Below are positions 17,858 through 27,618 of a stretch of DNA of 64,000 nt, piece by piece. The stretch is from Candidatus Moraniibacteriota bacterium. Its GTDB lineage: Bacteria; Patescibacteriota; Minisyncoccia; Moranbacterales; UBA2206. The notes beneath the pieces are model-generated. The model was not told the DNA's origin. It saw only the letters and a program-made list of their open reading frames with translations, and ran no database searches. The stretch is from the NCBI GenBank assembly GCA_049303795.1, contig JBAQNM010000005.1, positions 121,597 through 185,596 of the forward strand, read 5' to 3'. Every line of letters begins with the position of its first letter. The stretch's first letter is position 1. The translations under genes and the position numbers were made by a program.

Positions 17858-18934
17858 TTACTTTGCTAATTCCTTTTCGATTAGTGATTTAAATTGATCA
17901 GAAGTAATCGCTCCACTTTGCACTTGATTGTTGATGAAAACACTTGGAGTTCCTGAAATTGCGAAATTATTAGCCTCATCAACATCTGCATTGATTTTAT
18001 CTTGATATTTCTTACTGTCCAAACATTGATTAAACTGATCTTGCTTCAAACCCAGATTTTTAGCATATCCTTTAAATTTAGCCACATCATTCTTATTTGA
18101 CCAACCAACTTGATCAGAATAAAGTTTATCAGCATATTCCCAAAACTTATCTTGTTCTAAAGCACAACTAGCAGCTAGGGCAGCGTCATTAGCTTGAGCA
18201 TGAGTGTCGAGTGGTAAAAATTTATAATCAAAATAAATATCATTACTGTCTTTATAATTTTTCATTGCGTCACGCAATACCGTGTGGAAAAGCTTGCAAT
18301 AAGGACACTGAAAATCAGAGAAAACAATCACTTTTACCTTAGCATCTTTGTTTGATCCAAAAATAGCATCATTATCACTGATTTTTGGCAATTCGACATA
18401 TTTTCCAACTGGAATTCCAATGTCTTGTGTGCGCAATATAAACTGACTATCTTTTTCTTCGAAAAGCACGTTAGCCTGAGCATAAAAATCTGTATTTTTA
18501 ATTTGTGAATCGAAAACAAAAGAAGGTAGGGTTTTTATATTAAAAGCTTGGATCAATTTTTTGCCTTCGTCGGAATTATAATCAACCTTAGTTGTTGCAA
18601 TTGTTGGCAATATCCTCCTCATCCAAACCAAAATCTCATCCACATCACATTCTTCACAACTTTCATCAGTTATAACTTTTGCACCGACTGCTGGCTCTCC
18701 ATATGCCACCCAAGTTTTCCCATTAGCTTCAAAAATATCAGACTGATTTAATTTTTTAGCAGAAAAACCATCTTTTCTTATTAACTGAGACAAGTCAATA
18801 AAAAGACTGCCCAAAAGCATGCCGGACAATAAAATGATAACGGAAATTAAATTCTTTATTCTATTATCATTATTCTTATCATTATTCTTATTCTTCATTG
18901 CATCATCCTCCCCTGTTTTAATATCTTCTTCCAT
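17858..18934 (-). CDS. membrane-anchored DsbA-like thiol:disulfide oxidoreductase (thioredoxin fold, CPYC)
   Basis: N-terminal TM anchor and FSDFQCPYCKLFH active-site motif of the DsbA/BdbD family. Confidence 0.75.
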   Translation of the reverse strand: MEEDIKTGEDDAMKNKNNDKNNDNRIKNLISVIILLSGMLLGSLFIDLSQLIRKDGFSAKKLNQSDIFEANGKTWVAYGEPAVGAKVITDESCEECDVDEILVWMRRILPTIATTKVDYNSDEGKKLIQAFNIKTLPSFVFDSQIKNTDFYAQANVLFEEKDSQFILRTQDIGIPVGKYVELPKISDNDAIFGSNKDAKVKVIVFSDFQCPYCKLFHTVLRDAMKNYKDSNDIYFDYKFLPLDTHAQANDAALAASCALEQDKFWEYADKLYSDQVGWSNKNDVAKFKGYAKNLGLKQDQFNQCLDSKKYQDKINADVDEANNFAISGTPSVFINNQVQSGAITSDQFKSLIEKELAK

Positions 18935-18970
18935 AAAATTAGTTATTGCTAATTATTTAAAATTTATTAA

Positions 18971-19483
18971 TTAATCTTGCGGTTGATTGCTTTCAATATT
19001 CTGACTATTTTGCTTGCCATCATCAACTGCCGAATCAATCTCCTCATCAGAGTTGACAGCTTCATCTTGCATTTGTGTAGAGGCACTTCTCGTTTTAGTT
19101 AAATCAGCTTGTATCTTATTCATGTCGTAGCTTTGAGACTTTATCTTCATTAAATAATCGTTATAACCAATTGTTATTTTCTTTAATGATTCAGTTTTAA
19201 AAGCAACCCCAATTAAAATTCCTAGAATAAAAATCATTATCAAGCGCGAACGAAATTCTTTTTTAGTTTTTTTAGCAATTGCTTCATTGTCCATTTCTTC
19301 TGAAAATTGAGATTCATCTATTAAAATAACTCCTTCATTATTTTCTTTAATAGGATCGTTTACAACTTCGCCAGACTGAACAGATTCAATTTTATCAGTT
19401 AAATCTTCCTCATCTTTTTCTTCGACAACCGCCTCTTCTAATATTTCCTTCCATTCTTCTTTTTCTCTTGTATACTCTCTCAT
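18971..19483 (-). CDS. hypothetical single-pass membrane protein with acidic N-terminus
   Basis: 170-aa ORF with one TM helix (LIMIFILGILIGVAF) and acidic flanks. No recognisable domain. Confidence 0.4.
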   Translation of the reverse strand: MREYTREKEEWKEILEEAVVEEKDEEDLTDKIESVQSGEVVNDPIKENNEGVILIDESQFSEEMDNEAIAKKTKKEFRSRLIMIFILGILIGVAFKTESLKKITIGYNDYLMKIKSQSYDMNKIQADLTKTRSASTQMQDEAVNSDEEIDSAVDDGKQNSQNIESNQPQD

Positions 19484-19628
19484 ATATTTTTGAAGCTTGA
19501 TTATTTGCTTAATTTCCTTGCCTCTAGCTTACCACAAACAGAAAAAGGCTACAACTTGCGCCTTTTTTAATTTATTGTCTAATATTTTTAATAATTATTC
19601 CTAGTTTTATTAAAAAAATTTAATAACT

Positions 19629-19656
19629 TTGAAAAAATTTACTTTACTGCTATAAT
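19629..19656 (+). promoter_or_regulatory. sigma70-like promoter (TTGAAA - 16 nt - TATAAT) giving a probable leaderless transcript of the SpoIID-domain gene
   Basis: The TATAAT ends 7 nt before the ATG at 19664 and there is no Shine-Dalgarno sequence. Confidence 0.4.
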
Positions 19657-19663
19657 ATATTCA

Positions 19664-21109
19664 ATGATAAAAATAGAAAAAAAATTAAAATATTCTAAAA
19701 TAGCTATCTTTCTTTTAGTTGTTTTCTTGTTCGCTACTTTCGCTTCCAATTCTGCCAATAATGCTAAGGCTGAAGATAATGATGCTGACTATGACGCTTA
19801 TAAAAAATATGAGCTTTATTTGAAATATCAAAAAAAACAGAACTACGAAAAATACGAAAAGTATAAAAAATATAAGAAGAAATATGGCTTCAAGAGCTCC
19901 TCTGAAAGAGCTAAGGCTAAGGAGGCCTATGACAAGTACAAACTTTACAAAAAAAGTCCTTCAAAATATCCAACCTATAAACAGTATTACGATCAATATA
20001 AGAAATATTCAAAATATAAAAAATACTATTCACCATACAAACAATATAGTCGCTATGGAAAATACGAAAAATATAATAAAAGTGAATATGACGCTGGAAA
20101 AAATTATGGTGGAAATGAATACAAAGAAGCGCATGCCCGCTATCTTAACAGCCAAGAAAACGGAGGTTTAGGTGAAGCTACTCTCGGAGGCGGAGCTCTG
20201 GGGCCAGATATTGCAGTTGGCATCTATAACTACACGAAATCAGATCTTCGAGATGAAACTTATATTCGAGTAAAAGCAACTAAGGACTACACCGTTAAAA
20301 ATGAATCTGGACAAGTATTGGCCAATATTCCAAAAGACACTTATACGCGCGTTCAATATATTTCAGATGGAGATTTGAAAGTTTATGAATCAATGGATGA
20401 GGTTAACGCTGGATCAGATGTTTATTTTGAATCAACCGATGGAAATAATTCTGATATTGTTTTTGACTTAAATCGTCCTTCTTCTGATTATGATCAGTAT
20501 CGTGGAAAAATAAAAGCCCATTTTTATGATAGTCCCGAAAGCGATGGCGATCGAATCTGGGTAATCAACACCCTTCCTTTGGAGCATTATGCTTGGGGAA
20601 TTGGAGAAATTACCGGAACCGGTGATACAGATTACAATAAAACAATGACTACCATGTTTCGCACTTATGGCTATTGGAAACTTCGCTGGAGCACGCAATA
20701 TATTCCACAAGGCTTTGTTGTTGTAAGTACACCTTCCAATCAAATCTATAATGGATACGATTGGGAAACAGCTCATCCTAATATAAAATCAGCTGCCGAA
20801 GACACCCAAGGGAAAATAATGATGTATGGCAGTGAAATCGCTCTTTCTCCTTATTCATCCTGGACCGATGGCCGAACAAGAAGTTTTGAAGAACGTTGGG
20901 GCTCAACACTCTATCCTTGGTGTCGATCAGTTAGCGATTCCTATGGAAAACATGCCACAAAAAGTACCGCTGAGTTAGAAGCTGAGGGAAATCATATGGT
21001 TGGTCTCAGCGCTCATGGCGCATTAGCCCTCGCCACTGATCATGGCTACAATTGGGAAAATATTCTAAGATATTATTTCTACAAAGTTAGATTCTTAAAA
21101 GCGTACTAA
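19664..21109 (+). CDS. secreted SpoIID/LytB-domain protein with N-terminal Lys/Tyr-rich low-complexity region
   Basis: Signal peptide, then about 100 aa of K/Y-rich low complexity (KYEKYKKYKKKYG...). The C-terminal region has SpoIID-like motifs (NQIYNGYD..., KIMMYGSEIALSPYSSWTDGRTRSFEERWGS). Confidence 0.6.
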   Translation: MIKIEKKLKYSKIAIFLLVVFLFATFASNSANNAKAEDNDADYDAYKKYELYLKYQKKQNYEKYEKYKKYKKKYGFKSSSERAKAKEAYDKYKLYKKSPSKYPTYKQYYDQYKKYSKYKKYYSPYKQYSRYGKYEKYNKSEYDAGKNYGGNEYKEAHARYLNSQENGGLGEATLGGGALGPDIAVGIYNYTKSDLRDETYIRVKATKDYTVKNESGQVLANIPKDTYTRVQYISDGDLKVYESMDEVNAGSDVYFESTDGNNSDIVFDLNRPSSDYDQYRGKIKAHFYDSPESDGDRIWVINTLPLEHYAWGIGEITGTGDTDYNKTMTTMFRTYGYWKLRWSTQYIPQGFVVVSTPSNQIYNGYDWETAHPNIKSAAEDTQGKIMMYGSEIALSPYSSWTDGRTRSFEERWGSTLYPWCRSVSDSYGKHATKSTAELEAEGNHMVGLSAHGALALATDHGYNWENILRYYFYKVRFLKAY

Positions 21110-21113
21110 AAAT

Positions 21114-21692
21114 ATGAAAAAGAGTCTTAAGATATTTATTTATATTTTCGCTTTGGCTCTTATTAGCTTAGCTATTTTTATTGGATTGATAGCTAAAAAT
21201 CGCTATTATGATAAACCTGAACCAGAAAAAAATCCAACGGAAAAAATTCTTTTTCAAGGAGAAAAAACTGAGAATAAAGACACAAATCCAAATGACACCC
21301 CGGGAGAATTTCTAGATCCGGAAGACAAAGAGGAAGACTTGGAAGAAGAAATGCAGTTAGAGAAAGACTTTGCTGAAAACAATACAGTTGAAAAAGAATC
21401 CTACTTGGAAATAAAAAAGGATGACTGTAAAAATAAATGTGCTGATTTTAAAGATGAAAAAGCTGATTTTCGTTATTGCCAAGAAGTCTGTGGTCTCGTT
21501 GAGCCTAAAAAAGAATCCTCCTCAGAGGAATGTGAAGATTTAGAAGACTTGGAAATGGATTATTGTTTGCGAGATTTTGCAATCTCTAAAAAGGACTATG
21601 AGCTTTGCGAAAAAATTGAAGATAAAAACATAAGTCTGAATTGTCAGAATCGCATCACAGAAGAAATCCTAGAAGAGCAGAAGAAATTATAA
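21114..21692 (+). CDS. membrane-anchored acidic Cys-rich protein, hypothetical
   Basis: N-terminal TM helix, acidic linker, eight Cys in four pairs (CKNKC, CQEVC, Cx10C, Cx11C). Confidence 0.45.
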   Translation: MKKSLKIFIYIFALALISLAIFIGLIAKNRYYDKPEPEKNPTEKILFQGEKTENKDTNPNDTPGEFLDPEDKEEDLEEEMQLEKDFAENNTVEKESYLEIKKDDCKNKCADFKDEKADFRYCQEVCGLVEPKKESSSEECEDLEDLEMDYCLRDFAISKKDYELCEKIEDKNISLNCQNRITEEILEEQKKL

Positions 21693-21704
21693 TAGAAAAG
21701 CATT

Positions 21705-22958
21705 CTATTCTTTTCTTAGTGCTTCCATAGGACTTAATTGTGAGGCTTTGCGAGCAGGCCAATAACCAAAAATCATTCCCGTTCCGGCGGAAAAGCCCAG
21801 GCCGATTGTAGCTGACCACCAAGTGATGGGAAATTTTAAATTGAAACCATAGCTCACGGCGATTATTTCTCCGAGTTTGGAAATTCCAAAACCCAGTGCC
21901 AATCCGATAATCCCACCCAATAGTGTGATGAAAATTGCCTCAAAAAGAAACTGAAAAAGAATCTGCGAATTTTTCGCGCCGATTGATTTCTTTAGCCCAA
22001 TCTCAAATGTTCGTTCCGTCACTGAGACATACATCACATTCATAATCCCCACCCCTCCGACAATAAGTGAGATAGAAGTAAGCGCAATAAGAAGCAAATT
22101 AACTGAGAAAAAAACTTTATTTAGAATTTCCAAAACTTCCACGATTGAATTGACGGCAAAATCATCGTCGTCGGGATTTTCAATGTCATGCTGTACGCGA
22201 AGCACATCAATTGCCTCAGCAATAGTTAAATCTAATTTACTCATATCTTTAACATTAAAAATTGCCATTTGCAAATAATCAATTCCGGCTAATTTTTTCT
22301 GAACCGTGCGAAGCGGAATATAGGTTATTTGATCAAAATTAAAAGGCCCGGCTGCGCCTCTTTCTTTCAAAACTCCAATCACGCGATAAGTTTGACCCTT
22401 TATCTTCACCTCTTTTCCTACCGCCTCACCATCACCAAAAAAATCTTTTTTTGTTTCCGAACCCAATACCACAACCTGCCGGAGACTCTTATCATCATCC
22501 TCGCTAAACATCATCCCTTTTTCTATTTCTGTTTTTTTATCGACATCCGTCACGCTGGCTGTCGTGCCCATAATAATCACTTGTTTATTTTTATTCTCAT
22601 ATTTTATCACTTGTTGATTCATAATTGCAGCATACCAAGCTCCGACATTGGAAAGTTTGGCCACCGCCTCCATATCTTCCAATTTCAAAGTAGTGATTTG
22701 CATTCCACCCATTTGTCCACTGGCATTCTGGGTGGAAGTTTTGGAAACTTTCGGCACCTTAATTTCAATTTCAATAATGTCCGAGCCAAAAGAAGAAACC
22801 TGATCAACTAAAAAGCCTTTGACTCCTGAGCCAAAAGACAAAACTAAAATCACACTCACCACACCAATTACAATTCCCAGAAGCGACAAAAACGTCCGCC
22901 CTAAATTATTATGGATACTTTTGAAAGCTAATTTGATTGGAACTAAAAAATTATTCAT
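21705..22958 (-). CDS. ABC transporter permease, FtsX/MacB family
   Basis: 417 aa with an N-terminal TM, a large extracytoplasmic domain and three C-terminal TM helices (FtsX fold). Paralogue of the adjacent permease; 8-nt overlap. Confidence 0.8.
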   Translation of the reverse strand: MNNFLVPIKLAFKSIHNNLGRTFLSLLGIVIGVVSVILVLSFGSGVKGFLVDQVSSFGSDIIEIEIKVPKVSKTSTQNASGQMGGMQITTLKLEDMEAVAKLSNVGAWYAAIMNQQVIKYENKNKQVIIMGTTASVTDVDKKTEIEKGMMFSEDDDKSLRQVVVLGSETKKDFFGDGEAVGKEVKIKGQTYRVIGVLKERGAAGPFNFDQITYIPLRTVQKKLAGIDYLQMAIFNVKDMSKLDLTIAEAIDVLRVQHDIENPDDDDFAVNSIVEVLEILNKVFFSVNLLLIALTSISLIVGGVGIMNVMYVSVTERTFEIGLKKSIGAKNSQILFQFLFEAIFITLLGGIIGLALGFGISKLGEIIAVSYGFNLKFPITWWSATIGLGFSAGTGMIFGYWPARKASQLSPMEALRKE

Positions 22959-24198
22959 ATCTTAATGCTTCCATCGGACTAATCCTTGAAGCTTTTCCCG
23001 CAGGATAAATACCAAAAATTATTCCAATTGCAAAGGAAACTCCAATAGCTGCCACAATTGATTGCCAAGAAATTATAAAAGGCCAAACATATTGCAATGA
23101 TTGAATGATAATTGCCGTTAAGCCAGAAATCGCAATACCAATAATAATCCCGATTATTCCACCCAAAAAAGAAATAAAAGCTGATTCAATTAGAAATTGC
23201 GTCCAAACATCAGTGTTTTTTGCGCCAACTGCCTTTCGCAGTCCCACTTCCCTAATTCTTTGATTGACTGCCAAAAGCATTATGTTCATAATCCCCACTC
23301 CACCAACAATCAAAGAAATTGTTCCAATGGCTAACAAGAAATATCGAAGCACATCCGTTACTTGCTTAATTATCTCCACGGCTGAAGCCATGTCACGCAC
23401 AGAAAAATCATCATTCGCCGGATCATCAATGTCATGTTGTTCCCTAAGTGTTCGGGTGATATTTTCTTTGGCTAAAGAAATAAGGCTGGCATCTCTAACT
23501 TTAAGACGAATAAATCCTAAATGATCAATACCTAGAAGAATTTTTTGGGCAGTTTTCAAAGGAACAAAAATTGTATCGTCTTGGCTATTAACCCCAAAAC
23601 CAGATGAACCTCTTTTTTCCAAAACACCAATCACCGTAAAATTCTGATCCTTAATTTTTATCACCTTATTAAGTGGATTGTCTCCATCAAAAAGATCCTT
23701 TTTTAAATTAAACCCGATCACGACCTCACGCGACATATTAGTTTCTTCGTCTTCAGAGAAAAATCTACCCTCAGCTACTTTCGTATTTTCCACATCAATA
23801 TAACTGGCCGTTGCTCCCTGAAAAGAGGCCACGATATTTGTTCCGTCATACTCAGCTGTAGCGGTTCCTGAAACATAGCCAGCGCCAGCTGTCACTTCCG
23901 GCACATCCTTTCCATTTCGTAAAACTTCCAAATCATCATATTTCAAAGTTGTAATTGAAATTCCCATCGCAGTCGCTGGCGGGCCATTTTCATCTGACGC
24001 TCCCGGTAAAACACCGATTAAATTTGAACCAATGCCCGTAATTTGATCCAGAATCAATGCCTGCGCCGATTGCCCAATCGCCATAATAATAATCACCGAG
24101 GCCACCCCAATTATTATTCCTAGCATGGTCAAAAAAGAGCGAAACTTCGCCGCTAAGAGATACTTTAGAGAAATTTTAATAGGAGAAATTATGTGCAT
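22951..24198 (-). CDS. ABC transporter permease, FtsX/MacB family
   Basis: 415 aa, same topology as the adjacent permease and clear sequence similarity to it (e.g. shared MEALR C-terminus). Confidence 0.8.
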   Translation of the reverse strand: MHIISPIKISLKYLLAAKFRSFLTMLGIIIGVASVIIIMAIGQSAQALILDQITGIGSNLIGVLPGASDENGPPATAMGISITTLKYDDLEVLRNGKDVPEVTAGAGYVSGTATAEYDGTNIVASFQGATASYIDVENTKVAEGRFFSEDEETNMSREVVIGFNLKKDLFDGDNPLNKVIKIKDQNFTVIGVLEKRGSSGFGVNSQDDTIFVPLKTAQKILLGIDHLGFIRLKVRDASLISLAKENITRTLREQHDIDDPANDDFSVRDMASAVEIIKQVTDVLRYFLLAIGTISLIVGGVGIMNIMLLAVNQRIREVGLRKAVGAKNTDVWTQFLIESAFISFLGGIIGIIIGIAISGLTAIIIQSLQYVWPFIISWQSIVAAIGVSFAIGIIFGIYPAGKASRISPMEALRYE

Positions 24199-24299
24199 AA
24201 ATTTTATCTATATTAACTACCTACATTTGTCTTAGGGTTCCATACTCTCGCCAAATCAGCGGAACCATGGATCCATTAAAGGATTATATTATATAATTT

Positions 24300-25856
24300 T
24301 TATTCTGGCTTTTCAGCAATAACTAAGTAATAAGGTTGATCTTTAACTTCTTGATTTTTTAAATCTGTTTGAATTTCGATATTTATAAACCCAGCCTCTT
24401 CCAGCGTTTTCTTCATTAGCTCGTTTGCATCTTCAGCGCTTCTTAATTGGACGAATGGCAGATAATAATCATTATATTCAATAATGTCTATACCCTTTAT
24501 CCAAAATCCGGTTGTTAAATCAGAGAATCCTGCCACACCTTGATGACCGATTATAAATTTCTTTCCCGGCTTTAAGGCTCTGTAAATTTCCTGGCTGGTT
24601 TTTGGAAAATCAACATAAAAAACTAACTCAATCGCAAAGGCCCCATCAAAATAATTTTCTTTAAAAGGCAAATTGCTGACATCCCCCCTAATTAAATCTC
24701 GATTAAAATTTTTAACATTTCTTGATAAATCAATATTGATGCTTTTTTCAAATCCAAAATTCCTTTGGCCTCCGCCCATATTTAATACTTTCTCTTCTCC
24801 TGCAAAAATACCCGCTAATTTTTGAGTTAATTCTTCAACTGGTTGCCCAATTCTTGTGCTATTTTCATAATAATCTTCTTGGTTTTCCCAACTATCTCTT
24901 CCCCAATTAAAATAGGTATTAATACTTCCAGCCAATGGTCTTTCCTCAATAGCGTAGTTATGACTTACTGCCCCTTCAATTTTGTCAAAACCCAAAGGCA
25001 GTCTTGAAAAATTCAATAAACCATGCCCCCGAAACGCCTCATGTAAATCTTGGTTCATTACATTTTTTTTCATTTCACTAAATTCTGCCGTTGCAAATAA
25101 ATCTTCATTTTTTCTGATTTCAGAAAACTTATAATTCAGATATCTATAAAGGCATCTAAACTTATCATCCCTTTTGGAATCTTTCCAATTAAAACGATCG
25201 CTTCGCGATATATCTTTTTCTTCAAAGGAAGGCAGGGCTTTTTTCACAAAAGCAAAGATGCCATCATTTATTTCATCATCACTTAAATTCTTGCAATGAT
25301 CCATATTTTCTTTTCTTTTTTTAGCAAAATATTCCTCTCTAATATCCAGCCCGGCACGTTCAAAAAAACCTGAGTAAAACTCCTTTTTTTTCTCCAAACT
25401 ATCGGCATAAACTCCTTCGGCAATCTCAGTTACTTTTTTTTCTGCATCAGTAGCTTCAAATCCTATTCTCTCACCTACTATTGAAGAAATACTAGTAATA
25501 ATGCCCTTGCTTTCTGGACAAAAAGAATTCCTACCAGTAATAATATAATGTAATTCTGACAACTCCAAAACAGACAGTTTTCTAAGTTCCCTTATCGCTT
25601 CTTCTTTCGTTATTTTATGGACTGGTAAAATTTTTTCCAAAGTTTCTATCAACTTATGTACCTCTGGCCTATCTTTATATTTATCTTTATCCAAAAAGTT
25701 GCCTCTTTCCTCCGGACTAGATTCTTTTTCTTCTAGCTTTTCGTCAGCTGTTTTTTGGTTTTTAACTATTTCAGTTGGTAATTCATTAGCATCAGATCTT
25801 TTTTTATTTCTTTTGCTAACAGAGGAAATTGTCCATTTTTCAAAAATTGATCCCAT
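24300..25856 (-). CDS. hypothetical protein with C-terminal class I SAM-dependent methyltransferase-like domain
   Basis: C-terminal VLNMGGGQRNFG (motif I-like), IRGDVSNLPFKENYFDGAFAIELVFY (motif II-like) and ALKPGKKFII (motif III-like). The N-terminal 300 aa are unrecognised. No TM or signal. Sits between the ABC ATPase and permease genes. Confidence 0.5.
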   Translation of the reverse strand: MGSIFEKWTISSVSKRNKKRSDANELPTEIVKNQKTADEKLEEKESSPEERGNFLDKDKYKDRPEVHKLIETLEKILPVHKITKEEAIRELRKLSVLELSELHYIITGRNSFCPESKGIITSISSIVGERIGFEATDAEKKVTEIAEGVYADSLEKKKEFYSGFFERAGLDIREEYFAKKRKENMDHCKNLSDDEINDGIFAFVKKALPSFEEKDISRSDRFNWKDSKRDDKFRCLYRYLNYKFSEIRKNEDLFATAEFSEMKKNVMNQDLHEAFRGHGLLNFSRLPLGFDKIEGAVSHNYAIEERPLAGSINTYFNWGRDSWENQEDYYENSTRIGQPVEELTQKLAGIFAGEEKVLNMGGGQRNFGFEKSINIDLSRNVKNFNRDLIRGDVSNLPFKENYFDGAFAIELVFYVDFPKTSQEIYRALKPGKKFIIGHQGVAGFSDLTTGFWIKGIDIIEYNDYYLPFVQLRSAEDANELMKKTLEEAGFINIEIQTDLKNQEVKDQPYYLVIAEKPE

Positions 25857-25885
25857 ATTTCGATCTTCCTTAACTTAATTAAATT

Positions 25886-26623
25886 TTATTTCAATATTTC
25901 TTCCGTCCCATCCGCAATCCTTCTGTTCTTCACCGAATCATCAGCGACGATTTCTCCATCTTTCATATAGATAATTCTCTTAGCGTGTTCGGCGGTATAA
26001 GTTTCGTGAGTGACAAGAATAATTGTTCGTCCCATATTATTAAGATCCTGCAAGATTTTCATCACTTGTAGCCCAGATTTTGAATCTAAATTTCCAGTTG
26101 GCTCATCGGCAAAAATAATTTCCGGATCATTGACTAGGGCGCGCGCAATCGCCACTCTTTGTTTTTCTCCACCGGAGAGTTGATTGGAAAGATATTTTTC
26201 ACGATGCTCCATTCCAACAGATTTCAAAGCTCGCATCACTTTCTCTTTATTTTTTCCATCTGGTTTCGAATCATACAAAAGCGGAAGCTCCACATTTTCA
26301 AAAACCGAAGTTCGAGGAAGTAGATTAAATGATTGAAAAACAAAACCAATTTTTTTGTTTCTAATATTCGCCAAAGTGTCATCATCAAAATCAGCCGTGT
26401 CTTTTCCTTCTAAGAGATATTCTCCTTCCGTCGGACGATCAAGGAGCCCAACCACTTGCATCAAAGTTGATTTACCACTTCCACTTGGTCCCATAATCGA
26501 AAGGAACTCGCCCTTTTCGACAACAAAACTCGCATTGCAAAGCGCCGGCGTTTTCACCCCCTCATTTTCATAAGTCTTACAAAGATTTTGGATTTGGATT
26601 AAAGACATAGGATTATTTCTCAC
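25886..26623 (-). CDS. ABC transporter ATP-binding protein (MacB/LolD-type)
   Basis: Walker [11 protein letters not shown]-loop, signature [15 protein letters not shown], Walker B IIFADEPT. Confidence 0.9.
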   Translation of the reverse strand: MRNNPMSLIQIQNLCKTYENEGVKTPALCNASFVVEKGEFLSIMGPSGSGKSTLMQVVGLLDRPTEGEYLLEGKDTADFDDDTLANIRNKKIGFVFQSFNLLPRTSVFENVELPLLYDSKPDGKNKEKVMRALKSVGMEHREKYLSNQLSGGEKQRVAIARALVNDPEIIFADEPTGNLDSKSGLQVMKILQDLNNMGRTIILVTHETYTAEHAKRIIYMKDGEIVADDSVKNRRIADGTEEILK

Positions 26624-27611
26624 TCGAAAGTATTATAATATCTTCCCCACCATTCAGTCCTGAAATAATTTCCACCATCCCTTCATCGCCTCTTGCTCCA
26701 GTTTTCACGTTGATTTTTTCTATGACATTTTCCGCTTTCAAAATTTCCACATATTCTTGATCTCCGTCATTTTTCACGGCGCGATAGGGAATTGTCACAA
26801 CACCATCTTTTTGAAAAATATTAATATCAGCATCAGCACTCATTCCAATTTTCAATCTCTCATCAAGCTTTTTCAATTTTATTTTAGCTTTATAATAAAC
26901 CACGTCTTGAATTACAGTTGAAGCCGGCTCAATTTCAAAGATTTCCCCTTCCAACTTTTCATCACTTAGCAAGGCATCAAAAGCTATTTCGGCTTTTTGG
27001 CCGATTTTCACATCTACAATGTCAGACTCTGGAACATCGATTTGAATATATGGCTCACCTAAACTAGACACGCTCAAAACAGGACTATTAGCTATGACAT
27101 TTTCCCCAAGCTCTGAATTCTTTTTTGTCACAATTCCATCCATGGGAGAATAAAGACTTGTTTCTCCGATATTTTTAATGACTTCTTCAACCATCTCTTG
27201 AGCTTTTTTTATTTGCGCCCTCTGTGCATTTTTTTGATGATAACTGTAGACATCCTCCTTCTTTTTCATATCCAAAAGTAACTTCTTTTGCACCTCTACC
27301 TCGTAATTAGCTTTGGATAATTCATCTTCCAATGTTCCCTTGTCAATTGCTGCGATTTTTTGATCTTTCTTCACCTGATCTCCCACATTCACTAAACGAG
27401 CTTCAATTTTTCCACTTAATTTAAAAGATAGATTTGCTTCAATCTCAGGAACAATTTCGCCCGTTGCCGAAACTGTCTTAGCAATTGTTCCCACCTTGGC
27501 CGTTTCAGTTGTATAGGTTATTTTTTTTGGTTGTGATTTCCAATAATAGATTCCGCCAATAATCAAAACCAGCAAAATCAAAATCACATAAGTTTTTTTC
27601 TTTTTGAACAT
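26613..27611 (-). CDS. HlyD/MacA-family periplasmic adaptor (membrane fusion) protein
   Basis: N-terminal TM anchor, coiled-coil hairpin and lipoyl/beta-barrel segments. Overlaps the ATPase gene by 11 nt. Confidence 0.75.
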   Translation of the reverse strand: MFKKKKTYVILILLVLIIGGIYYWKSQPKKITYTTETAKVGTIAKTVSATGEIVPEIEANLSFKLSGKIEARLVNVGDQVKKDQKIAAIDKGTLEDELSKANYEVEVQKKLLLDMKKKEDVYSYHQKNAQRAQIKKAQEMVEEVIKNIGETSLYSPMDGIVTKKNSELGENVIANSPVLSVSSLGEPYIQIDVPESDIVDVKIGQKAEIAFDALLSDEKLEGEIFEIEPASTVIQDVVYYKAKIKLKKLDERLKIGMSADADINIFQKDGVVTIPYRAVKNDGDQEYVEILKAENVIEKINVKTGARGDEGMVEIISGLNGGEDIIILSSEK

Positions 27612-27618
27612 ATATTTT

